The position numbers were made by a program, and so were the translations under genes. This document shows positions 40,036-52,662 of a stretch of 64,000 bases of DNA, in pieces. Origin of the DNA: Octopus vulgaris (Eukaryota); NCBI GenBank assembly GCA_951406725.2, contig OX597816.1:51398001-51462000 (forward strand). Direction: 5' to 3'. The notes beneath the pieces are model-generated. The model made no database searches. It was not told the DNA's origin and saw nothing but the letters and a program-made list of their open reading frames with translations. The stretch's first letter is position 1. Each line of letters opens with the position of its first letter.

Positions 40036-40099
40036 TATTATTGCTATTATTATAATTATTTCTTTAATTATTATTGTATCATCAAAAATATTATTGATA

Positions 40100-41990
40100 T
40101 ATTTTCAATAAATGATCTACAGATATTGTTCAGCTGGCGCATTTTCTTAGTGTCATATCCCTTCATGACACCTCACCAACTTAAAAACCCTCATCCGTTA
40201 TGATTCTCTCAGCCACCCAAATAGCAAGCGTTTGGCATTAGTGTTGTACTGACTTCAATTTTCAATTATCTTCCCTCATTCCTCCCGTCGGTTGATAGAA
40301 GTACAGAGTAATCCTACAACGGAAGAATGATTTGAGCCTTATGAACACATTGCGCATGTTTTGTTATATATTTCTTACATGTTGCCTTGTTTGTCGCTTT
40401 GGTATCAAAAGGCATGCCAACTTCTTTACATGTTGGCTTACAGAATAATTACCGTTGTCATTCCCTATGACCGTTTCCCTCATTCTGTTCGTATCATATT
40501 TCTGCAAATACGATACCCAGATTATGGTAAATTATGCATTGAAAGATAGCAGCATATCTGCCATGGTTGCATTTTTGGGAGACTTTTTGTACGAATCTCG
40601 GGCTCTCATGTATTCTATTCTATAATTCTCATAACATTCTATGTCCCATGTTTTGCTATCACGGTCGCTTCCTCTGAACTTGTTGAGCTTTTCGTGTATT
40701 TTTTTTCTAGGTGTGGCTTTACTTTGTGTGAATATCCCTTTCTCCTTCCTAATCGAGAATACATACTGCTATTACCCCAATAGTTTTTTCACACCATATA
40801 TTCGAAAATTGTTTATCTTTGTATTTACACACTGAAACGCTTCCTTCCTCTTCTCTCTGCTTCAGACAGAGTTTTTCTATATTATATTAGAGGTGCAGTT
40901 CTATCTACTTTGCTAAGAGTTTGCTCGTTCTCCAGCCACCTATTTGCCGTAATTGTTCTTTTGTCTAGCTAGTAGTATCTGCGCTATATCTGATATCACA
41001 CCGGAATTTTACACAGGAACGTATTCAAACATTTGAGTCTTGATTTATAATGTGTCTAAACAACCTGTAGTAGTTTCCTTTTTCATTATTTTGTCCTTTG
41101 CACCAGCGGCTTTTAGTTATCAAGATATTTGTATCATCTTTCTAGTTATAGCTCTTTTATAAATTCCTCGCTTCGAACATTGGTTTCATCGCAGCAGCGG
41201 TATGTTCCCGTCTTTATTACTAAGGCTGTACACTTGCTTATATCCAACACCATTTTGATGTGTTCAATGAAAAATCTAACTGAATTTAGCAGAGTATCTA
41301 ACTGCTTTCTCGGTTTTGCTGCAATGCTTAAAGTAATCTATACATAGCAAATGAGTTGTGCTTACGTTCTTCTTTCCAACTATATGGTTTGCTTACTTTT
41401 TTTTTTAGAAAAGTTGAGATAGGAATCAGCAATAAGAACATCATAGGTGACATGCTAACCCTTGAAAATACATCATTTTATTTTACACTATTCCGAAACA
41501 TATTTCATAAGATATGAAGTTTTAGTTTTTCAAGACTTCATACTGCTTTCAATCATACTCGTAAATTTTTGATTAGTTTTAGAGAGGACTGACATTTGAG
41601 GATACCATATCACAGGCATTTTTGAAGTCGATCCAGCCTAGAGCCAGTCGTAATTCTTTAATTTTGCAGTTCCTCATCATAGTTCTATCTATCAACATTT
41701 TCTCTTTGATGTATTTGGCTGCCTGTCTGCAGTCTTTTTTTCCTTAGGTTGGATGCATTTGTCTCGCTGCTTGTTGTATATCGTATATCACTTTAGAAAC
41801 TATTCCTGTGAATATTTACCATAGTATTCGGAGAGATGATTGGGTGATAGTTTGTGGTATCTGCTCCTCTGCTTTTATCTAGCATGATTAATTTCATTCT
41901 CACCTTAGTTGAGGAGTCAGGAGAAAATCCTTCTTATATATATTCCTCTAACGTTTTAACTGGCATTTCTCAAGAATTCATTATATTCTT
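40100..41990 (-). mobile_element. Old, heavily decayed R4/Dong-type LINE (RT region to 3' end)
   Basis: 'LALGWIDFKNACDMVS' (WIDYKKAFD-like) near 41600-41650, with further degraded RT/REL motifs. Confidence 0.6.
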
Positions 41991-42892
41991 ATATCAAAGT
42001 ACATGTACCCTATCTGGAGCAGGAACATTGCAGTTAAGTAATTTTCTAATCTGTTTCAAGAGCGATAGAGAGAGAGAGAGAGAGAGACACACACACATAC
42101 ACACACAGGCAGACAGACAGACAGAGACAGACGGAGAGACAGACAGATAGGCAGACAAACAGACACACAGAGACAGCCAGTGATATATACATGTACACGT
42201 ATAGGTATCGATAGATCCATGCATGTATACATATAAAGACATATCCACATATATTTATATATGATATATATTTATGTGTATGTATGTGTTTTTTGTGCAC
42301 ACTCGTGAATAATTCCCTTTCTAAGTATTTATCTATAAATTTAATTTTAATTGCTTTTTTATTCTTAACAATTCATAACGGCAATGATAGCAAATTTCTG
42401 AATCTCAAAATAAATTCCAATATGTTATGTGCAAAATATACGAGATATTTTTTTGTGTGTGTGCGATTTCTACGTTTAAATCTCATATCTAACGATATTC
42501 GTAAAAATATAAATAAGTATAATATTCATTTAAAGCTCTAGTCCATTTTATATGTTACGAGAAGTTAATTATACGCTTTAGCAGATTTTATGCCAAATAA
42601 AAATATTTTCAGTATCATAAATGATTAGGCTAAATGCGCACGCGCACACATACACCACCACGCCCACACACACACTACGTATTTACAAACGCATAAACAC
42701 TCAATCACAGACCACGAGTCTCATACGAACGTATGTATATATATGTGTAAATGCATACATATTGGAACGAATGCATGGCACTCTGTATGCATGTTAGTAG
42801 ATGCAAATGTATGTATACATACAGTCATACATCCATAACTAATTTATACAGAGAAAAACACACACACACACATACATACATACATACATACA

Positions 42893-42925
<33 letters not shown>

Positions 42926-43559
42926 TCATGCAGAATGAGTACATTATTTTCATATAGATACACTTTATTCATTTTATTGTGTTTACAAGATCTTGAAGAA
43001 TTATTTCTAGTTTTAAACTTACACTTGCATAACAGGCTGCGTACTGAGAATAATTTAAAACATATTTGGCCACATATATTTCACATGGATTTTTGTGTTT
43101 GTATCTTTTTTGTTACCATTAAAAACATTGAAGTATCTACTTCAGTTATTTTTGTCATCTATCTCTATAATTACTTATTTTTCGTTTACTCCGCTTTTCA
43201 CTGCGACATCCTGAGAAAACCATTCCTTTTTAAATTAGTCCCAGTATAGAAAAACGATTTATTATAGCCGTAAAGTACTCATTTGTAAACAGCAACAATT
43301 GCTACACGTATTCCTTATGACAAAATTCCCTTTTCCTTTTATCTGTTAAAATTGAACATGGAAGTTCTTGTCCTGTGCCTTTTTGTATTTCGATAAAATG
43401 AGAATATACAAATGAGAATATATAAAAATAAGAAATAAGTGCATGTATATGTCTGTTATAGCGTACAGTGTTAGAAGCGATATTATCTACCCGGGGTTAG
43501 CTCACTTTGACGAGGCAAGGGTTGAACAGCATATAGTATTTGTGGCTCTTAGTCTTAAT

Positions 43560-44332
43560 CAACTATAGAAAGCACTTGGTGGGCGTTGCTAGAAAACCCT
43601 TGTACAAAGAGACTTCAAACAGATGATTATTTTTCTTTCTGGCCCTCTTCGGGTGCGTGATGAAAGTGGGTGCTCCTCCATATATGCTAACTTCTTGTTA
43701 AACCTCTCCTCTTTTTAGTGGGAGCGGCCAAAGGAAAGAACTTCCTATCAGCTGAAACGTTCGATATTTGTTTGCTAAGGACTGAGACTAGATTTCCAAT
43801 CACGGAAGTGTTGTGATTTAACCTTTTTTGGATGTAAAAATTTCCTCGTTAGTCTTCCTGTAAGAACACTCCTTGCCCGATTTCAGGTCTAGAGTCGTAT
43901 GTAGGCACTCCACTGTGTTTAAGTTGGTGGCAACTGTTATGAACGGGCCGAACCCTTTAAATATATCTATCAGGTCCTTCCGACACGGCGTAGCCGTTCA
44001 TACGGATTGAGAATGCCATGCTGTCTGTTTCCTAAATATATGGGACGTGACAAATATCGTCTAATCATGTGGATAGAGTAAGTGTGCATCAGGAATAAAA
44101 CCAGCGGAACTTTCTTGCTAGCTTCTGTAAGACGAATCATCTTACAATAATGCTTCTATCGCATATAAATTTCGCAATAAAAGTTAAATATGTATTCGAT
44201 TTCCTATGTATAGGAGTCAAGAAAATTCGTAAGCAAGTAGTTACTTGTGGGTGTACGCCATTGATAAAGGGCAATGATGTCGAAATGAATATGGTGTTTT
44301 CGTTAGCTGGTGATGGGATATTCTTAGTCACC

Positions 44333-44334
<2 letters not shown>
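43560..44334 (-). mobile_element. Decayed Penelope-like RT fragment (resembles the Naiad/Chlamys type)
   Basis: Minus-strand pieces 'FISFDI'-like, 'KDLIDIFKGFGPFITVATNLNTVECLHTTLDLKSGKECSYRKTNEE', 'NHNTSVIGNL'; these resemble the PLE RT motif FLDVTLDL..YRKPN..SNHP. Confidence 0.65.
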
Positions 44335-44381
<47 letters not shown>

Positions 44382-44479
44382 TGTGTGTATGTGTTTATGT
44401 ATATGCATATATATCCATGCATATATATTCATACATAATATATATATATACACTCACATACATACATATATATATATAT

Positions 44480-44671
44480 TAGATCGTTAGCTCCTGCACG
44501 CATTTTTTTCTCTCCTTGTTTCTCTCCTTGTTTCTTTTCTCTGTATCTTTCTGTCGAAGAGCGTAGGCTCGAAACGTAAAAGACTTTTTCTATTCCTGAG
44601 CGCTACACTAATACATTTGTTTGTTTGTACTCCACCTGGCTTCGTCTTTTGTTTATTGTCGTAAACTTTCC

Positions 44672-44675
<4 letters not shown>
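44480..44675 (+). mobile_element. ~195-bp PLE-type repeat in (TA)n carrying a minimal HHR at 44546-44583
   Basis: TCTTT-CTGTCGA-A-GAGC(gtag)GCTC-GAAA-CG-TA-AAAGA; palindromic ACGT stem III. Confidence 0.7.
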
Positions 44676-44890
<215 letters not shown>

Positions 44891-47800
44891 GATATTTGAA
44901 ATTGTATGTTGAGTCTCACTGGTGACATCTTGAAGACTTTACCTGAAAGGAACCTTTATGGCATTTCACAATGTCTGATTACAAACATTTATCAGTACAG
45001 TTTTACCTGGTTCTGGTGAATGGCCACTTCGGGTTTTCTTTACTGGACAGTAAATCCGTGCGAAAGTTTTGACTGCTTAACAATAATCAAATCAGTGATG
45101 GATTCCATTCACTTAATTCAAAAGACAGTTTGGGTCTTATTAAAAGCTTGAGTAGTTTCCTTAAATGCTTCTCAGTAATGGATGTTAAGAAAGTCTCTTG
45201 GAATTATGCGTTAATTGGATTGCTAAATGCATTCATCATGTTTCAAAAGATCGCTTCTAATTAATTTTCTAATTGCAGATTTGAATTGTCAACATATGCC
45301 GCTTCAAGCAAACGTAGGATGCATGACTCAAAGAAGTCATTTCTATTGTTATACGACTGTATATTACCAACGGTCATGATCCCTTTATCAGAGCCAACCT
45401 TTATAGCATCGTCAACACTTCAATTGAAGCAATAATTGACCTATTATTTAAAGTCAACTGACAGGTTGTATGAATCTATGATTAAGTATTTTAGCAAAAT
45501 GAGTCTCTATCCATCGCGCAAACAAATTTGTTTACTGTAAAATTTTTGCCTACTTGAAAATAGAATGTTAACCCTGAAAATCCTCTTTTCATCTAATCAT
45601 CGACTGTAATAATTTCTCCATTTCAGTCTCCATAGAAATAAGGTTATACCTCAAGTACGAAAGGATTGTAAATGAGGTTCACGTAAATATGCAAACTAGC
45701 TACTGATAAACAAGTGAAAGCAATACTTTTATGTACATATATAATACGTATATATGTAAACATATACGACTGTATAGTATTGATACATCATTTTAGTGAA
45801 TGGAATTGAATAAAATATCACCAGTGGCTCTACGTGTCATTGAATATGACATGCGTTTCAAAACCTAAATGAAGCTGTTTTACAATCAGGCAACATCCAC
45901 ATAAAATATATAAGATTATTTCACGGAGAATTACTTTCGCTGGTTGCGACTTGACTGCGTCTCGACTTTTTAAGTACAATCTTGAGCTGTAAGGGGAATC
46001 GCTAAAATATCAGACGGAGAATTTCTAATCAATTCCTGAATATATATAACAGCAAGACACTAATTTATTGTTGCTGTGGCGTCTGTATGGATTTGCAGTT
46101 TGACAAGAGGCCAAGGCTAATTTCGAAATGGTTGGGTCGAACATGTTTATAACAACTGACAATGAAACCAACCAGTCATAAAAATAATTAGGAACACTTA
46201 TGTGTATAGCTTTAGGTATCACAGGTGAGTAAAGTTTAGACGAAAATAATTAATTTGAAGCAGTATCAAATACATCAGCAATGATTATCTTGAAAAGTTA
46301 GTTAACTAGAAAAATAACTTGAATATAATTAAAACCTTAGACTATCTGGCACGAAACTATAGCTCGGGTATGGTAAACGATACATACTATTAATAATATT
46401 ATTGAACACAAAATCCGTACGCTAATAAAATTTAGACAAAAGCAATATACAAAGCATTTATATACAAGCATACACACATACAGAAAGATATACAAAGAGA
46501 GAGTAAAGGAGAGAGAGAGAAAGAGAAAGCGAGGGGCAACGACAGAGGCAGGGACAGATTGTCGGCATCAGGAGACCTCGAGCAGCGTGAGACAGAATAT
46601 AATTTATTATTATTCAACGAGGCATTTACTTAGCAAATACTAGAAACGACATTCTACTACAAGAATTTGCTAAACATAGCCAAAAACAATATTTTTCAAT
46701 ATTAACTGAAACAGAAGTAGCTACTCGCCCAATAAATTCAATGATTTCCTCAAAATCAATGAATATGCTTCGCAGAAAGGACAAATGCAACCAAAGTAAT
46801 AAAACAAAACTGGATGTAGTAATACACAACACACAATTCCAAAAATATCATAAATAAATAAACAATCTCGTGAGCAAACAAAATATGACACATCAGTATA
46901 TATCTCTAATTACCACATCTGAAAGAAACGCAATGTTAATAATAACAGTTCAGGATAAACGACCTCAAACTAGTTATCACTAAAGATTTATTCTGAAACA
47001 CAATATCAAACCGAAAAGATGCATGCGTGGGCGGCAGGATGGCATGTTAGGCACGTGATAGCTAGATTAGGCACATCCTTCATTCACACAAGAGTGCATC
47101 ATAATGTATAGAATATATAGGAGACCATGTCAGACTCTATACTTGCATTCATTGGAAAATATATAGGCTGGTGACTTAGATGTAACAAAATGGTATTATC
47201 ATGTTCCAGGGGTCATGTTAGAATATTAAAGTGAAATAACTCAGAGTTATGTACAGTTTCACACAAAGAAGAACTTCAAAACAAGGCTACTGCATATCAT
47301 TGTCAAAGACGAGATATCAATGCCTTGTACATTAATCAGTGTGGCTGCTTCTTCAAATTAGAATAATATCCCAGTAAAAGTAAATGAAAATCGTTCGTAA
47401 TATAGAAGCTAGAAGAAATGAAATAGCCAGAATTTAGAATATTCATATAGGTTTTTTTGCATTATAGAAACACAAGCAACTGTGAAGTGTGTTACGGGAA
47501 AAATAGATTACTTAGAATTTTCTATTGATGAATTCAAAATAATTGCGTTCGAAATTAGTACGTATATCCTTCCGAAACACTAAACCAAATTTTATGAAAT
47601 TAACTCAACTTTTGAATTGCAAAAATACTCTGTAAGGCTAGATTATGTGAACCCTCAGAATAATGGCATTGTTTACAAGACCTGTGGACGGCCTAACATA
47701 TTGTAAATGGTCATATTTTTATTCTGACGCACAAAGGCACACGCACACAAAACACTCATGAAAGGTATAGTTCGTAAATGCCATTTGCCTACTCATGAAG

Positions 47801-47987
47801 ACTTCAACATCTGTACAGACTGCTTGTTTATTACGCCACAATGGTCTCAACGAGAAGAATACCATTGCAACTCAGTGCATCTGATTGTCATCCTTGCATT
47901 CTGTTTGACCATATCTTGCACCTACAAACATGCGCACATACGCGCCCACGCACAAACACACACACGTACACACACACGTATAATATA

Positions 47988-48062
<75 letters not shown>

Positions 48063-48067
<5 letters not shown>

Positions 48068-48275
48068 ATCCAAACATAAAAACACAAACAGAAAACACAG
48101 CAACGCGAGGACGTGGAACAAGTATAGTGTTATTGGACGCTCAGGAGAGGAAAAAAGAAGGCGGATTTAACGTTTCGAGCAGAGCTCTTCGTCAGAAACA
48201 TAGGAAAAGAAAAGATCCAAGGAAGGGAAGACGGAGGAAAAAATCGCCAACGATACGCACGCGGTCACATATTGA

Positions 48276-48277
<2 letters not shown>
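48063..48277 (-). mobile_element. ~215-bp PLE-type repeat in (TA)n carrying a minimal HHR at 48166-48198
   Basis: Minus strand TTT-CTGACGA-A-GAGC(tct)GCTC-GAAA-CG-TT-AAA; canonical core; related to the 44480 repeat. Confidence 0.7.
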
Positions 48278-48319
<42 letters not shown>

Positions 48320-51273
48320 TGTGAGAGACAGAGAGGGGAGACAGAGAGAAAGAGACTTCACAGTTTCTTCGACATAAGCTTGGAAATTTTCTTTCCAAGT
48401 GACAGTCCTACGCAAGAATTTTAGAGAACGCCATCCATTATCCAAGCAACTGCTGCTTTTCTCATATTAAAAAAAAAGGTAGGATAATGCCAGCAAGAAT
48501 TTGGCATCAATGTCAACACAGGCCTTTCCATGAAACTCCAGAAAGGGGGAATTAAAAAAGGCATTCCTTTCAACAGTGGTATTTCCGACATTTGAGATTC
48601 CTGTATTGATGCCATATTTGTCAATCCCTAAATTATAGAAGCTGCAATATTATGTTCAGCTTTCTCATGCAAGTAATGCATGATATTCTATCTGAAGCTG
48701 AGTTCACTCTGTCAGTCCGCTTACATTTATAAAGAATGAGACATAGTATGACTAAACTTAGATATGTTAGGATGGCCAAGGCTACAATACTACAGAGAAC
48801 ATATCCGGCTATGGGAATTGGGACCAAACAATACCAAGCACAAATACGAAGCTTCTATTATGTTATATGACTGTATTCTTCTTAATTGAATATTTGAATG
48901 TTTATTCATGTAAGAAGTATCAAAATTACTGGCTGTAGGAATGTCGAGTGAGTTCTTCATTTCTGAACATTTCTACATTATCAGTGTTAAAGTTCAGTTT
49001 TTATTTAGTAGAAATGAATTCACTGTTAGTTTTTATAGAATCTAAATATTGAAGATGCACAAACAAATATAACAACGTAGGTGTACTGACATTTAGCTTT
49101 TCAATCCACATAGGATTTGAACTTTGAAGTGAGGAAGCTTAGAAAATACTCTGCTATCACTGTTTTCTTCTCCACATTCAGTTGGCTGTAAATATTAACG
49201 CTCACACACAACAACAACAACAACACACCAGCAACAGCTCTACTAAATAATTATGAAAATTATAGAGAAAAATCAATATATATTCATAAACTTTATAAAA
49301 AATATATTTCTGTCCCAAACTTATTTTTTGGGCTTCAAAATACTATAAAAACTATAACATTTTAAAATATTCAGGTAGGATCTCTATCATATTTTTTGGA
49401 ACGTTAAATTATGAATATTGTTACAAGATAGAAATAAAACATCATATATGATTTAGAAATATTACAAAAAGGAAATGCTCTCACAACTAAAAATTTAAAG
49501 AAGCAGTAGATCTACAGCACATACTTTTTTTATTGATAGTAGTTATCTAAATATAAAACATTTTACTGATTTTTTCATTCCTCATCTTCCTTCCTGCTAC
49601 AACTGCTTGCTTAGAATATTTTATAGCAATTCGGAAACATTAACAGAAAAAACATTTAAAAATAATAGGTAACGTTTGAGGGTCACGTTAAGTTTCATGT
49701 GTTAATAGGAGTTTGCTGGCTGTAGGAAAAAATTGTTTTAGCGTCAATGAAAGGCTAGTCTGATTTTAGGGTTAGGGTTAGAAATATACAATATTGTACA
49801 GCCAATACAGAAGCTACAATGGGTTAATGCAAAACAAACCCCACTTTATGTAAAGCTTCGAATGAGTCTGCTGTTTATGTATAACTTCAGAGGAGCAAGA
49901 TATCTGCAAACTATTTATAATGTCAACAAAATAAGATCCGGGTCGCTATAGTAAATGACATATTAACATTGTATAGAGTGACATATTGCTGAAAATGGGA
50001 CAAATCGAACATACAACATTCGAGTTCAAGAAAACCCGGGAATTGGAGGCCAGCTGATCGTTTGTAGAAAATTTCAGTAACAGGCACAAAATTGAATACG
50101 AAGACACATATATTTGAATGAATATAATTTATTAAGAAAATGATAGCATGTGTCGAAAAACCGTGTTGCTCATTGATGAAACGAGTAAATCAGACTCAAT
50201 TAATTTCCCTTGTACAAGGAAAGTACAGAAAGAAAGATCGAAGTTGGTTACGTTGTGAACGAAATTCATTCTCAGAGACATGTACACTCGGCATAAGAAC
50301 AACTGAAATTTCTAAAGGTTTGTTAAATCTTTTATCATTTCAGCCCAGAAGACGACAAGGATCGAACAACAAAAGTAGATAATGATAAATATTTGACAAC
50401 TGACGCCGATTAAAATATTTGTTTTAAATGTTAATTTTTGTCGATATTTAGAATACAACTAAGTAAATATTGAAATGTTGGTAGTTTCATCTCTACTACA
50501 GATACTAGCAAGATCTACAGGATATACGAACAACAATGCATACAGTACAATACCATTTCTTAGCAGTGTAAGCTACAACACAAACTCATTATTCTTAGTT
50601 CTTCTGAGGTGTAGTGTACTTCTCGGATATAGCTGCTTACCATATTTCCACAACACGATATTTCATTACTATAAAGATATTGGCTTGATACAAAACACTA
50701 ATGATACATGTTCTTCAAAAACTCAGACCGATCTATCAGATGTGCTTTGAATACATAGTACTCTACATTAATATCAAACATAAAACACCAATATACACCA
50801 GCTGTATGGCAAGTACTACAAGGCTTCAGTATATCTGTTTCTACATCTATTAATCATTGTTCTTAAAGTCAGTTTATCGCATATAGTATTCCATCTATTG
50901 TTGCTCTGTTGTCTTCATATTTTTACCAGAGATGTCACCCTCTCGGCAAGTTCCAGATTTCTTCGAAATGGTTGTCTGCGTCAAATCCCAGGTGGTTTCA
51001 TCTCTGCTACATCGCTATATACATTTGTAAAATACCTCATACCCAATTACATGAAATTTGAAAATAAGAGCACCCCAGCCACATACAATATAAAATAATA
51101 AGAGGTAGACAAACAGCGTGTTTACTGTTTTATCAGAGCACGTTTTATCGATTTGTTGTGTCATGTAACTAAATGTAATGGTACTGTTATCAGGGATCTT
51201 TGACAATGATAGCAGTTTGATAGGCTCTTTTCGATTATACTAGGGAACACGCACATAGAAATGGGTACATTCA

Positions 51274-51680
51274 TATACAATGGGGTATCCGAAAATAACT
51301 GAGACAGTGAGACAGACCTGTTGTAGTCCAGACTTTCGCCGCTAGAAACTACTCGATGCGACCCTCAGGTTTTGGTTTGCCAGTGCTTCTCTCATGTTCG
51401 TCGATTTTTGCGATGACCAAAACGAAGAATCAGCCCGATTTTGTGAAATTCTGTTTCATGCGTCCGAAACAGTTGCCATGCTTAAAACAGCGTAGAAGGA
51501 CGCTGTCATGAGCAATACTCAAGTTTACGCGTGGTTTCAAGTTTTCCCTTGATCAATCTTGTTCAGGATGATCGTCGACCGCCCGATCGAATGAAAACAT
51601 GAGAATTTATGAACGGTTTTTGGAGAACCGTCAACGAAATAATTATGAAGCGGATATTGTGTCTCATTGGGAACTTATGT
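51274..51680 (+). mobile_element. Mariner 5' fragment
   Basis: 'VKFCF', 'SETVAMLKTA*KDAVMSNTQVYAWFQ', matching a mariner N-terminal HTH region. Confidence 0.65.
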
Positions 51681-52569
51681 AGGAAAAATTAAGGGTAAGG
51701 GAAAGTTTTATCTCTATTTTGTTAAGGTCAGTCACATTGCTACTCACTGACATTGCATGATAATTAAAATATTTGTATGCATATTTATATTAATACACAT
51801 ATAAATATATATCTGCAGGAATATATATATATATTTGTGCCGTTGTGCGTGTGTGTTCATGTATATTAATGTGTGTGTATATACACAGTGAATGAAGAAG
51901 TCGGAGGTACGCACAAACAAAGCCTGGAAGATTGCATGCATACATACATACATACATACACATACATACATCTACATAAAAAGTATAGCTCACGTTATAG
52001 AAACAAATTTATGCTTCACTTTAGGAGTAAATTAAATATGTTTCTGTCAGTAGTTATTACTGTACCATTTTAAACACCTCCTATTATTCCCCATTTTGTA
52101 ATTCTTAATGAAATAATTTTATGAAAGTCAGTAATCCTCTTAGCATTTTTAAAACATACATTTCTGTTTTTGGAATTCAGCGAATCAATTAATGCATTTA
52201 GAAATGCGGAAACTTTAACACCAGTGTTTCACAGCAATTTAGATTTTAACCTCTGCTGACCAAACCCGTGAACCTTTATGTGACGAAGTTCTATTGAACA
52301 GGCAAGTTAGTGTAGATATATATGTAAATAACTTGTAAGTTTCTGTAACATGGAATCCGGAACACCACACAGATTTGCATATATAATACGTTGTTGAAAT
52401 CTGTCAAGAACCTTTGGATCATTATGATAAAATAAGATTATATTTTCATGGAAACAAATTTTCACCGGCCTGGTATTCTTCAAGTCCTTTATAAATAATT
52501 ATAAAATATTAACTCTCTTATTAAATATAATTAGATATAATTACATTCAATATTTCTAATTAGTAAAAA

Positions 52570-52662
<93 letters not shown>

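Noticed and set aside
43485-43530. HDV-like ribozyme fragment (minus strand TTGCCTCGTCAA..GCTAACCCCGGG)
   Set aside because: There is no room for the P1 3' strand or P4; the nested pseudoknot cannot be built.
49765-49781. Telomere-like (TTAGGG)2-3
   Set aside because: Too short; likely part of a dispersed repeat.
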